The position numbers and the translations under genes are program-made. The notes under the pieces were generated by a model. It saw nothing but the letters and a program-made list of their open reading frames with translations, was not told the DNA's origin and did not search any database. This document shows positions 13,690 through 27,243 of a DNA stretch of 64,000 bases, piece by piece (position 1 is the stretch's first letter; each line of letters opens with the position of its first letter). This DNA is from Oikopleura dioica. Taxonomy: Eukaryota; Animalia; Chordata. The DNA is taken from NCBI GenBank assembly GCA_907165135.1, contig OU015568.1, positions 4,030,001 through 4,094,000 on the forward strand. The letters run 5' to 3'.

Positions 13690-15377
13690 TCATCGTTACG
13701 AGTTTTTCTAGAGCTACTTAAAGAACAAATACTTAGTTGACTTTCGAGTCGTCCTAACAAATGATTTTCTTGAAACAGCAAGACCAGGGGACTCTGGCCA
13801 AAAAAATTCTGAATGTCATCATTTAAAATTTTCAAGAGTCTTGATTCTAGAATCTTGACTCAAGAAAAAGCAATGAGAAACCATAATCTGACATTTTCGG
13901 TATTCAATATGAGTTTTTTATGTTTGCGATAATTGAAATCCTTTACACTAGCACCCCTTTAGTTGCAGTTCGCAGGTCAGCGACTACGCGGCTTGAAATA
14001 AAGACTTTAAAATCATCAATCTTCTACTTCTACTCATCTTGGTGCCGACTGCATTTATTGACTGACGAATTAAGAAGTGCTAGATGACAACCTAACATTT
14101 CACCTCTAGCGACTAGCAGACAAACGAAGAGTCTGTGCCCCATCTCTCATACAAATTGATATCGCTGATATTGATCATGGATTCATGGCAGGTACAGCAA
14201 GACATAATGTTTTAAATCAAAGGTTTAAATTAGCTTGTCAAACCAAGCTGTCGAGCTCCGATCATTCTCATTTACTCGCGGATTCGATACAACAAAATAT
14301 CTTACCTTTTTGCTTTTTCGCCAAATCTGCTAATTCTTTAATAATTTACGAAAAAATGAGCAAAGATTGTACTTCGATGAAGAGAAAATCAACAGGGACG
14401 GGTTTTGCGAGAACCATTTTGCAAGAAGAGAGCATTTTGGTAGCAAATGAGAAGGGTGAGAAAGAAGATTGCCAAGAAGTATGAAATACTACCGGTTTTG
14501 CCGGCGGATAATGAGTCGCAAAACTCGGGCAAAGTTGAGACTTTAATGGAGGTTCTAGCGGAAGTCAATATTTCAGAAGGTATAAAATGTCGACAAATTT
14601 TGAGTGGGCGGCTACTCGGCTGCTGATTGGCTGGTCGGCCGAATCAAGGCTTCTGATTGGTCGAAAATTTCCACGCAAAATTTGTCCCGACCCTAACCCT
14701 AACCCAAATTGAAACGCTATAAAAGGGATAATATAGGTAGGGGAAACCTAACCCTAGCCATCTGCCCTTGGATAATCCTCAATCCCTAACCCTAAACTCA
14801 TGCCCAAATTCAACGGTTGCTGGAAGGCTCGAAAGGAAAAATATTGCTTAGAGTAACTTCCCTTTTCCTCTCTTGACGTCAAAAATCTTGCTGTCTAAAT
14901 TTCCCCACTCTCACATGATTTATTAGCTATTATTTAAAATAGACTAGTCCTACTTTAATAACCTGGCTTCAAGTCACGTCTATTTTTTAATTCCCCATAA
15001 ATACGCGTTTTTACAACTCATTTGTATCAAAAACATCTGCTTCGATTTAATGACAAAAATCATTAAGCGAAATATTTGCGGTTTGGAACAATCTGGAGGG
15101 AAATTGCAGCGCGTGATAAATTGGCTTCGTGTAGGAAAGTTGATCAGGATAGGTTTCTTGGACTTTCGAAAACACAATCATTAAATTGGATCACAATTAA
15201 AATTAAACGACTCAGTGGTTTCAACATGAGAGCATCCCGTAAAAGATAAGTTGATTCTTTAAGAATTACATGTTGAATCTGAAGATATTTCAAAAGTTGG
15301 CTGAAAATCGTTGTTGACACCCTTAAAGAAGCTTTTTATTGAAAACCTGAATCAGTTCATTTTCTACTCGGATTTAT

Positions 15378-16062
15378 ATGATTTCGTCATCAGACTTGAT
15401 CGCTCGTGGAAGGTATATAAAATTTATATTGACTGGAAATTCGTTCAATTCAATGATGATTCAGATGGGCGAGACGAAAATTGAAGACGTCTATAACTGG
15501 GATTTTCCAGTGATGGGACTGACCACGGGACTCAAAGTTCACAGAATGGACTTTACGCTCGCCTGTATTAGGGAAACTGGTTCGATCGAATTTACGACAC
15601 AGGAGGATATAGCGATTCGGGAGGGGTAGGAAGAATGGGATGCAGATGATTTTATGGAAAAGAATTGACGAAAAAATAACCTTTTCCGTGAGCCTTTTTC
15701 ATCATCATTTTTCGCGTAAAAGCATGAACGTGATGCAGATCTCATGGGAAGACCTGTATTTGCCCTGAGTAAGCAGTGAGAATGCACCACCTTGATCAAA
15801 GTGCGACTTGTCTATTCGAAAATGCTACTATAGTATGGGCAGGTCACCATCTCGCAAGAAAATAAACAAAGACATCATCAGATTCTTTCTCAAAGTTCGA
15901 CCTTGTATCACGAGTGCACTTCGAAACCGCCTCAAAAAAGGACGTTCACCTTTAGTCCAAGTGCATGTTTTCGTGTTTTACAAGTACAAAATGAGTGTCA
16001 ATTCGTATCAGGGCAGAAGAGTTCATTTTTTGAGTTCATATTTATTGAATTTGAGTTCATGA
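15378..16062 (+). CDS. Possible spliced gene of unknown function
   Basis: Two open segments (15378-15629 and ~15808-16062) with candidate donors and acceptors between them. Exon structure unresolved; no motif recognised. Confidence 0.25.
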
Positions 16063-16671
16063 ATCTCGAATCGTTATCAGTCATTTACTCCAGAAATCGA
16101 CAGATCTTGGCGATCAAAGCAGAAGAAACTACATCAAACGAGTTCAGGATAGTAATTTAAACATTTTCAAATACTTATTTTATTGAAAATAATCTACATT
16201 GCCGGCTAAATACTAAATTTGATTGATTTGAAAATTGCTGAAAGAAACATCTTTTCGACCGTTTTCCGACTCGAGCTTGTATGGAATGCTACATTGTTGG
16301 GTAAGTTGACCATCACATGCTTATTTGAACGCGCGGATAAATTTTACAGTGCGAAGTTTATATGCATGTGACAAGTTTGAAGAGTTCAGAGATGAGTTGA
16401 AATGTGACAACTTCTATTTTTAGCTCATCTCGTGAGTTTAACAATCAATCCGAGCGTGGAAACTATGCCAAGCTCCTGGAGCTTCCAGAAGTTTGACTAC
16501 TGAAATCAACGAAGAGAACATTTCATAATTTCTTATTCTATCATAAATGTTATGAAAAACATATGAATAAATGCACATATACGACACAGGTTTATTATTG
16601 AATATATCACAGATCTTGAATTTCAGAAAGAAAAAATAATGTTAATTAATTAGTGCAACTAGCAATAGAAT

Positions 16672-17114
16672 TTAGCAGGGGTAGATTTCTGCAAATCGGC
16701 AAGCAACTCGCAATTTATGTTTGCATCTGCGTTCTATCCAGCCAGTCTTATTCAAAGAAATGCAACTGTAGGGGTGTTTTCGCGAGAAATTTTTCGAATT
16801 TATGCGTGGAAATCTTCGATTCGGAAATCGTCCTTTTACGCGGACTCCAAGCCAGACATCGTGTTGTAACGATGGCATAAACTGATCGTAATCTTCCTAG
16901 GATAAGAGGTTTTTAAAATAACTGTTCAAATGCTTTATACACTTACCGTGTTTGTAAAAAACGGAAGAGTTCCGCCCATTAGTTCGCAGATTTTGCGAGC
17001 AGATCGCCAATCCGTTCGAACATAATCATCCAATTTCATGTACCAGTACTCCGAACAAGACCCTGAAGCTACGATGACAGGTACAAAAACGAAAATCATC
17101 AAAGAAAGCTTCAT
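16672..17114 (-). CDS. Secreted C-type lectin-like domain protein (2 exons)
   Basis: Exon 1 MKLSLMIFVFVPVIVASGSC...DWRSARKICELMGGTLPFFTNT|gtaag. Exon 2 EDYDQF...DVWLGVR...SCISLNKTGWIERRCKHKLRVAC...*. Shows the CTLD pattern W..A...C...GG.L, a WIGL-like VWLG and the C-terminal C..C. Confidence 0.8.
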
Positions 17115-17402
17115 TTTCTGCCGTGGAATAGTTCTCTTTGCCGGGTTCGAGTGGAAAAATGGGGGAAGATCGGGGGGAATGAAATTTTTTATCAGATCTC
17201 CAACGGAATCGCATTTTTATCCCGGATTGTATCGCAAAGTTTGTGCTATAAAACGACATTCTATGTAATAAATTTATTAGTTGATATTCAGTAGAACGCA
17301 GTCATAAAATGCTGAGACAAATAAAACACCACAACTAGGATTCAAAATAAGTCAATCACGGAAAGTCCAATTTCTTCATCAAACGGAAGAAGAATCGGTT
17401 TT

Positions 17403-18647
<1,245 letters not shown>

Positions 18648-19256
18648 TTTTGGTGGTGAGGTTTACTTTCTCTGAGAAACAAAGAATAGGCGGTGTCTTC
18701 TGAGCGTAATGATAAGAACGCGGCCCTCGGGCGGTATCAATATCTCAGACGTTTCCTAGAGGCATACAATTGTCGACAGAGGGAAAGCTTTAGCAAGTTG
18801 GTAATATAAGAAAGGCATGTTTTCATACAGTATGAACTTAGTCTTAGTTCAGGTCTATTCGACCTTGAATACAGTTAATTTTGGCAATTCCAAATTGGCA
18901 TAGTTGACCACTTTCACCTAAAATTTAGCCAATTTTTTGTTGAACAATTTAAAAACTGTTCTAGCAGATTAAAGATCTAAGATAAATCTACTAAGAAAGC
19001 CCATGGGCCATATGATTTCCCCTATCATTAACAATTTCCGAGTTATTCAATGGTCAAGTTGCAGAAGTCGATGTTAGTACCCCTAAAAATAAGAACAATT
19101 TGCCGGCACTAAATATTAAAATAATATATATATAACTGATTTTTTTGCAAGTAAAATGGTTTTTGCTTATTATAAAATACTAGAAATACTAGATAATAGA
19201 TAAGATGATTAAGGGCCTAAATTTATGGATAAAAATCTTTACTAAATACCCTTAAA

Positions 19257-20221
19257 ATGATTGACAAGCTCAGTTCTACGAAGAAAATAGCAGAACAAGA
19301 GAACTTGTTAATCTTTATCCACGATGTCTTTCCCAAAAAAGGTCTAAAAATCAATTTAATCCAGCAATAAGATTGTTATAGCTGCACGCAAGCGTCTGTC
19401 CTTCAAAAAAGGATGAGATGTGCACGTATATAAGGATCAATGTTGACATCATTGATACGCAGAATTAAAAATTAAACGGTTTTTGCTCAAATGTAGCCAA
19501 ATTATCACCAAAGAATGCTTTTGCACATTGGCCGTCGATTTACTGAGCAGAAATGATGAAAAGAAAAGATTTCCGAAAGAGACTTTTGAGAAAAGACACG
19601 CCAAGGCGACTTTTTCAGGACGAAACAGGTGAGCCTTTTTTTCCTTTTTGAAATTCTAGAGAAAAAAAACGATTTAGGGACAAGAACATTCCAACGATCA
19701 TCAATATTTGTTATGAGTTATTAATAGATAAGGAAGGCTAGAAGACTAGGCGCTGTCCATTCAATATGAATTTGATTTGACAAAAATACAGTAGCCCGTT
19801 AATTTATAATAAAGATCTCTAACAATCAAAGACCCGACAAAAAAGGAGGAAAAACAGATGATGAAGGAAGTCCACCGAGCTTCGATCAAAAAGAAACGGT
19901 TGGAAAAAGACTGTAATCATCTGTCTTATTTTTTCATTTTCTAGAGGCCGTGCTAGAGATTCGAATGTCACGGAAGAAAGCAACACATCAACTGCTAGTT
20001 TTTGTTACCTCGGCCATATTCAAGGAAAATGACAGAGACGATGCTACTTGGTATTTTAGATCAAAAGAGTAGAAAAAATCATCATCGAAAAAGAAACGAA
20101 TGAATATTTTATCGGCGTACCAATCTACTGGCTGCTTGCGATCTATAGCTTCTTGGTGTTTCTGGTATTGCCGCTACTTGTGCAGACGTTTCTTGTCCCA
20201 TTTTTTGTTCAAAGCAAATAA
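19257..20221 (+). CDS. Multi-exon protein with a C-terminal transmembrane anchor, function unknown
   Basis: ATG 19257 (MIDKLSSTKK...), several short exon-like open segments, and a last exon ...EYFIGVPIYWLLAIYSFLVFLVLPLLVQTFLVPFFVQSK* ending at 20221. Internal junctions are only partly resolved. Confidence 0.5.
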
Positions 20222-20345
20222 ATTATTTTAACGCTGATATTGTCATTTCAATGAGTCATAAAACCAACGGAGACCGCACCATTTTTGAAATAGTTTTCTT
20301 CTTGATCAAACCGTTCCACGCCCAGATTTTGAGTTCACTGAAAAG

Positions 20346-21473
20346 ATGGTGAAGCTGAAAATAATTTGCCACGGCGGAGCTTGGAGTATCCCAGACGATG
20401 CAAAAGAGAAATCACTCGAAGGAATTCAACGAGCCGCTAGAGCTGGAATCGAAGCTCTCAAAAAAGGAGACAAGTCGGAAGACGCTGTTGTTTCAGCCGT
20501 TACAGGTATGATAAAATGATTAAGACGGAGAGTGAATTTTAAGTGATGGAGAACGATCCGATTTTCAACGCTGGACATGGCGGTTCTTTGACCAGGGATG
20601 GGACTGTCGAGCTTGATGCTATGGTCATGCGCGGGAGGGACTCTTCTATTGGTGCTGTTGCGGCTCTCAGGTAAGAGAGATCAAGAAATCAAAAAAAAAG
20701 ATAGATCTTCAGAAATGTTAAAAATGCTTGCCAAGTCGCTCGAAAAGTAATGGATTCTGAGCACACCCTGATTGTTGGCCCTGGAGCCACTGAATTCGCC
20801 AAAGAAAAGGGATTCGAAATCATTGATGATTCAACTCTGGTCACTCCCTATGAAAAAGCTGCGTTGGAGAAGATTCGTCATTACGGAACTGGAGTAGAGT
20901 CGATTTTCAAAGCTGGTGAAGCTCATGATACAGGTAAAGAAAACAATCTTGGTTGTATCTTACTATATTTTTTTCTGTAGTTGGCGCTGTCGGTTTTGAC
21001 GGAGAAGGGTTCTCCTGTTGCACAAGTACTGGTGGCGTCACATTTAAACGACCCGGACGAGTCGGCGACTCTCCACTCGCCGGAAGCGGTGGCTGGGCTG
21101 ACGGAGGAGCTGCTTGTTCAACCACTGGCCACGGGGAAGGAATAACCAAGGCACTTCTTGCTCATCGCGTCGTCTGGGGCTGCGGTGCTGATCAAAGTAG
21201 AGCTTCGGCTGCAGTCGACGATGCACTTGATTTTATGAAGACGCAGATTGGATCACAAGGTAAAGAGAAGCATACCAGCTCATAGGAAGAGTATTTTTAG
21301 GCGGTGCAATTTGCCTGACTCGAGCTAGTTTTGGCGTCGGATTTAATACGAAAAGAATGCCCTGGTGCTACATCAGCTTTGATACAGAAACTCGAGAAGA
21401 AGAATGCATCTTTGGAATCGAACCTGCGAGTCTTGATCAACGAGAAATGCCTGAAATTATAGTTTGCCAATAA
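20346..21473 (+). CDS. ASRGL1: Isoaspartyl peptidase / L-asparaginase (Ntn hydrolase, ASRGL1-like)
   Basis: MVKLKIICHGGAW, ENDPIFNAGHG, VELDAMVM, HDT|VGAV (nucleophile Thr), TSTGG...PGRVGDSP, STTGHGE, GFNT.RMPW. GT-AG introns. Confidence 0.92.
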
Positions 21474-21910
21474 TAATACCAAACATGACCGTTTTTTGTC
21501 CTATGGGTGGGGTTGCGCCAGTGGGAAAATGGACTTTTTTTGCACTTAACCTGGAGGGATGAAATTTTGTGGATATATTTCTGAGGTCCTAATCAAGAAA
21601 AAAATCAAAAAAAATTTTCGAAAAATTAAGGGTATAGGGGTTGAAAAATCGATTTTTTCATTTTTGCAAAATTAAGCCTGAGAAAACCTAGACTATCATT
21701 TAAAAAGCTCAAAAATGATTTTTTCGAGTCGAAAAAAAGTCGAAGCGAGATAATAAATCCGCAAATAAAGAAATTTAAATTATAAAAAATTTGGATAGAA
21801 ACCATAAAAAAAGGAAAAACTTGAATAATTTGTATTTTCACCTCGAATGGGTGTGGGTGGGGTTGGGGACATAACTGAGATTGATCACCTCAGAGTCCAA
21901 CGCCGATCTA

Positions 21911-22455
21911 AAGCCCCTAAAATTTAAAAATCAAGGAACGGGGCTGAGACGGCCCGAAGGGCCGTCAAGCCCTTAAATTTAAAAATCAAGGAACGGAGCT
22001 GAGACGGCCCGAAGGGCCGTCAAGCCCTTAAATTTAAAAATCAAGGAACGGAGCTGAGACGGCCCGAAGGGCCGTCAAGCCCCTTAAATTTAAAAATCAA
22101 GGAACGGGGCTGAGACGGCCCGAAGGGCCGTCAAGCCCCTTAAATTTAAAAATCAAGGAACGGGGCTGAGACGGCCCGAAGGGCCGTCAAGCCCTTAAAT
22201 TTAAAAATCAAGGAACGGGGCTGAGACGGACCGAAGGGCCGTCAAGCCCTTAAATTTAAAAATCAAGGAACGGGGCTGAGACGGCCCGAAGGGCCGTCAA
22301 GCCCCTTAAATTTAAAAATCAAGGAACGGGGCTGAGACGGCCCGAAGGGCCGTCAAGCCCTTTAAATTTAAAAATCAAGGAACGGGGCTGAGACGGCCCG
22401 AAGGGCCGTCAAGCCCCTTAAATTTAAAAATCAAGGAACGGGGCTGAGACGGCCC
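21911..22455. repeat. Tandem array of ~10 copies of a 55-56 bp unit containing a GC hairpin
   Basis: Unit aaatttaaaaatcaaggaacggggctgagacggcccgaagggccgtcaagccc(c)tt repeated head-to-tail with no unique spacers. Confidence 0.97.
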
Positions 22456-23469
22456 CTTCTATTCATTTTTAACATTATTTATTATATTTTTCAAAATTTT
22501 CGGCCAAAACGGAAATTTTCAAATCGCCCGCATTTTCGTTGCCGGGCGTTGCCGGACGAGATTTGACTTGATATGTAGACAGCATCGTCTGAGCTTTCTT
22601 TTGGTGGTGTCAGTTTGGTTGGCCAAGCTTGGCCACGTGAGAAAATCGGCAAAACGTGCGAAAAACCCGGTATTTTTTGAAAAAAATCCCAATTGACCGT
22701 CAAAAATTCAAAAATTTATAATTTTTACCATTTTTTATGAAATTTTCGCCAATTTTCACACATAGTCCCGTAGTTTCAGCCATTTTGAAAAACAAACCGT
22801 TTTCGGCCGAAATCCCACCAGCGCAACCCCACCTATGGGCCATAGGCTATGGCTTTCCTAAGTTCAAAAAATATATGCTCAAATCGGGGAAAGCCGAAGG
22901 CTCATCAAAAGAAAGACAAAAAGATGGGGGAATTGGATTTGTCAGCTGATCGGACACGTCCGTCACTACGTGCAAATGTAGTTTGTCTTTTGCCATGAAT
23001 AATTTATCGGAGAAACGATTCCGTGCCGTTTGCGAAAGTCAAATTAGCCTGATGTTGACCTGTTTGACCATGAAATGAGAAAAGAGACGAGAATAGAAGA
23101 AAAAAAAATGCTTCAAGACAAAAATATCAAGTCTTAGTTGATTTTCATAAAAAATTGTTTTGGTTTTTTTTTTGCTGTTTTAGGCGAATCACAAATTTCC
23201 TCCAAATTTGATATTAAAGCTTCCTGTATTAAGGATATACCCCATAAAATTGAACTTTTATAGCGCCGAAATGCGACGTAATCTCGAGTAAATAAAAATT
23301 TAAGTTATTTCTTCGCTGATAAGAACTAGTTTTAGGGTGCTAGAATCATTTGTTTGTGACTAGCAATATCTTTCCATATCACTGTAGCGGATAGCAAATG
23401 AGGTCTATTGAGCAAGATCAAAAACTAATTTTCGAAAATTTTCGTTTTTTTTCTTGCTTTTTAGAAAAT

Positions 23470-23570
23470 TTTTCGCTTCGCTTTCGCTTCGCTTTCGCTT
23501 CGCTTTTGCTCTAAATTTTTGAAAAATTTTCGCTTTCGCTTTTCATTTTTGGCCAATATCGAGACCCCTG
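23470..23570 (-). repeat. (TTCGC/TTTCGC)n tract next to a lone hAT-like terminus (CAGGGGTCTC on the minus strand)
   Basis: ttcgcttcgctttcgcttcgctttcgc... followed by gagacccctg at 23561-23570. No partner end was found. Confidence 0.4.
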
Positions 23571-24443
23571 GAGCCGTTGAAAGTCGACACTTTGGATTTC
23601 ACTTGTTAAAAGTACTTCTGATCGTACATTGTTGACCGAAGAACTAATTCGATAAATTTAAATTGATAATAAACGTCTTTGTGAAGCTGAATAATTAGCG
23701 TTAGTCGGGAGAAAATGTTTTTCCTTCTGGTCTCTCGAAGGTGACGTCCATCCTGCATCGAATGAATTTTTCAGCGCTTTGGATCGAAGTGGATAAATCT
23801 TTTAATGGATTTTAGATTGCGCACTATGGAAAGATATGATCGACTTTTCCCGAAGCTGAAACTTTGAGATTTCTTTTTTACGAAGAATTTTTCTGCCGAG
23901 AAAGAATGATTTTTAAGAAGTTCGCTTTGAAAGAATATTTCGAGCTTTTTTGCCAATTTTTTGTATTTTATCGATAACTCAATAATTTTCGATGTAAAAT
24001 TTTCTGAACGAAAATTCATTTGACACCCTTATCGCTTGAAAAAAGTAGCTTTTAATATGATTTTTCTATTAAAAAGAAGTTTTAATCAAAATCAATTTAG
24101 CATTGTCAGTCCCCTTAAATTTGACCCTGCCTCGGCATCATTTTTGAGCATATCTGTCAGGACTATCTAATTCAGCGAATATCTGTAGTGCGAACTAATT
24201 TATTCATTCCCAACCAAGGGCGAGAACAAATCCAGACTTCCAAAAGTAGGAGAATTATCGGAGAAAAGAAGGGAATAGACAAACTAATTGGTTTCAGGTA
24301 ATTCTCTGAATTTATGGCCTCTAAATTGGCCCGCACGCCTCCAAAATGCTTTTCAGAGGTCAAAACTGGTCCGTTTTCATCTCAGAAGGTTCACCATTTT
24401 TCAACGAAGAGAGAGATAGAATTTAAGATTGAGAGAGAAGAGT

Positions 24444-25243
24444 ATGAACAAGTCAATGAATCTTCCGGGCAATAATGTTAGTACGTCCGAAAGTCTTCAA
24501 TTCAAAGGTAAAACCATAAGAGGCCTGTTTTTCCGTTCAATAAGCCATATTTTATTGATGAAAAGATGAAATTTAAAGAATAAGTACAACATCATCGTGC
24601 TTGAAATTAATCAAAAACCGAGGTTATGATAATTTGGAATCTGATAATTTTTAGTTCTTGTGAAAAAACGAAGCCAAAAACCAAGGCGAAAAATTTATGT
24701 TATAATGACGATTGGCTCAATTTTAATGACCATTGGGTTGGTGCTTACTGTAATGCATTTCACTAAGGAGGTAGGCCCAGGGCTCGTCTTTACTGATTAG
24801 CATAATTTGGTCGGCAGGATATTTTGGGACTAGAAGAAGCGAAAAGACTGTTCAATTCTATGCCTACTGAGCCGCCGATTACATACAAGTCGGAATCGAT
24901 TAATATTTCTGAAATTATGGACAATCCAGAAGAATTGACAAAATACACAGCAGTAAGTGCTCTCCCCTTAATTGAAGGGGGAAAATAATGAAATCTTTTA
25001 TATGAAATTTTTAGCTGAAAGTTGAAGAAAGCAAAATCGCAGCCTACCCAGCTGAACTGCCGACAAAAACGATCAATCCATTGTCGCTGCCGTTCTTTAT
25101 GGCTTCGACTATTAGTAAGATTTCATTTCTTCAACCCTTTCTTGACAACTTTAGTTGTTTCATTTGGAATCGTCTTCATTCTCGTCGGAACAACTTGGTG
25201 GAAAATCGTCGTCGACAAAGAAAATGCAAAGAACAAAGGCTAG
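24444..25243 (+). CDS. Small two-transmembrane protein, function unknown
   Basis: Exons give ...KPRRKIYVIMTIGSILMTIGLVLTVMHFTKE|DILGLEE...YTA|LKVEE...PFFMASTI|IVSFGIVFILVGTTWWKIVVDKENAKNKG*. The 3' junctions are GT-AG and keep the frame; the 5' exons are less certain. Confidence 0.6.
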
Positions 25244-25473
25244 TTTTCTTCTGTTATGTAAATTTGCTCGAATAAAAATTTTGAATAAACTGTACGATTC
25301 ATCAACAAAACGGGCAAAATCAAATTCGCGCCCGTCTGATCCGTAGAAGATTAAAAGCGGACGCGCTAATAAAGTTTTGTCCAAAAAAGATTGAATTTTA
25401 ATTTGCATCTGGTCGACCCTCGATCAATACGCACCCTTCTTTCCAACCTTTTTTTCCATAAATCAAGCAAAAA

Positions 25474-27188
25474 ATGCGCTTTTGGTACGTTTTTCCCTTT
25501 TTAACATTTGGGTTTTATGAAGAAAATGTGCTGATTGAGAGGCTTTTTAATGGATACAGGCTGGATATAAAGAACAACAGTTACTGTCAGAGAAAATATC
25601 AAGGAGTCGAGGTTGAAGATGTTCCTGATTCTTGCGTTGAATACGTCAAGAAATGAGTTTCGCAGAAATTTTCTTTTTTGTCAGTTAAATCAAAAGAATC
25701 TCTCGTCTTTTCCAAGGAAAAACTCGTCAAAAGGACAAAATCGCGGCATACAACAAGTTTTCCCGGCCAGTTTTCAACATCAAGGACTCCGTCAATGTCA
25801 CCATGTCCGTAACCCTCCTTCAACTTGTCGAATTGAACGAAAGAAAGCAATTTTTAACAACGTCCGTCATGTTTAACATTCGTTGGAAAGACCAGTATCT
25901 TTCCTGGCGTCCAAGTTTGAACTCGAATATTACCTCGATAGTCGTCCCGGCGGGGAAGATGTGGAAGCCGGACATTTTGCTCTATCAGAGCATCAAGGAG
26001 CAATTTGACCAAAAACAGGACCAAGAGGGGAGCGACTACGACAACATCGTCGTCCACCATTCCGGAAACTGCACATGGCTCCCTCCTGATAAATTGAAGA
26101 GTTCCTGCTCTCTCGACATGAAATACTTTCCATACGACACGCAGGTCTGCGAGATGAAATTCGGATCGTGGAGCTACAGGAAGCACCTGCTCAGGTTGAA
26201 CATGGAAACGACTACAAGCAAACACACAGGGGAAGTCATGGCGATTCATATTGATGAGAATCAATTCATCAACTCGACCGCCTGGGAGATTTTAAAGACA
26301 GAAGGTGACGAAGATGACACTTGAGCTGATTTTAAAGAAATATTTTAGGGACTCTGAATGATACCTCCTATGACTGCTGCGAAGGAATCTATCAAGACAT
26401 CACGTACAAAATCTATCTCAAGAGATTCACTTACTTTCCATCAATGACCCTAGGTACTTATGATCCCATCCTTCTTCGAGCAATTTTAGTCCTCCCCTGT
26501 ATTCTCTGCGCCCTGCTCATCCTCTGCACTTTCTTTCTCCCAGCTCAAAGCGGTGAAAAAATCGTCCTCTCGATAACGATTCTCCTCGCGATGGTATTTT
26601 TCATGGCTCAATTGAGTTCTAAGACTCCTCGAATGCCAAATACGCTTCCAGTGATTGGCCAATTCTTCGTCTCTTCCTGCTGTCTGATCAGTATATCGAT
26701 GGCGTTTACTGTTATTAGTCTGAAATTCTACCACAATAAGGGACGAAGAGGAATGGGGAGGATTTTCCGGTTCATTTTTCTTCAGGAAATTGGTCAAAAA
26801 CACCAATTTTTTGCCCAAAAAGCTCAAATTACAACCAAATAATGAGTTTCTGCCGGCATGTTACAACATGGAACCCTTGCCAAAGGCTGACGAAGTTGTT
26901 TTCCCATCCGTTCGTGATTCTGACCCCCTTCCTATTGGAATGAAAAACGGGCCGGCAGCCCATCTTTACCGAGAAATCCGTTTCATCGCCAATAAAATCA
27001 GAAAACGAGACATGGCGCTCAAGTACGAGAGCGAATGGAAATATGCATCCGCCGTTATGGACCGGTAACAGCCAAGAAAAGAATCTCAAGAATTTCTATT
27101 TAGCCTTTCCGCGACTGTTATTGCTTCTGGACTTGTCCTTGCCTTCTTCTTAACTATCTTTTCTGCTTCTCAAAGATCAGATTATTGA
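25474..27188 (+). CDS. Nicotinic acetylcholine receptor alpha subunit (alpha7/9/10-like Cys-loop channel)
   Basis: WKPDILLY, Cys-loop SSCSLDMKYFPYDTQVCEMKFGSW, loop C YDCCEGIY (vicinal Cys define an alpha subunit), M1 LPCIL, M2 SGEKIVLSITILLAM, M4 after W...A.VMDR. Two GA-AG introns (25650-25696, 26786-26822). Confidence 0.95.
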
Positions 27189-27243
27189 TGAAAAAAATAT
27201 ACGGTATATCGGGCTTTATTTGATCGAATACTTTTATAAAAAC

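Noticed and set aside
21911-22455. CRISPR array (regular palindromic repeats)
   Set aside because: The units are contiguous and near-identical with no unique spacers, there are no cas genes, and the context is eukaryotic.
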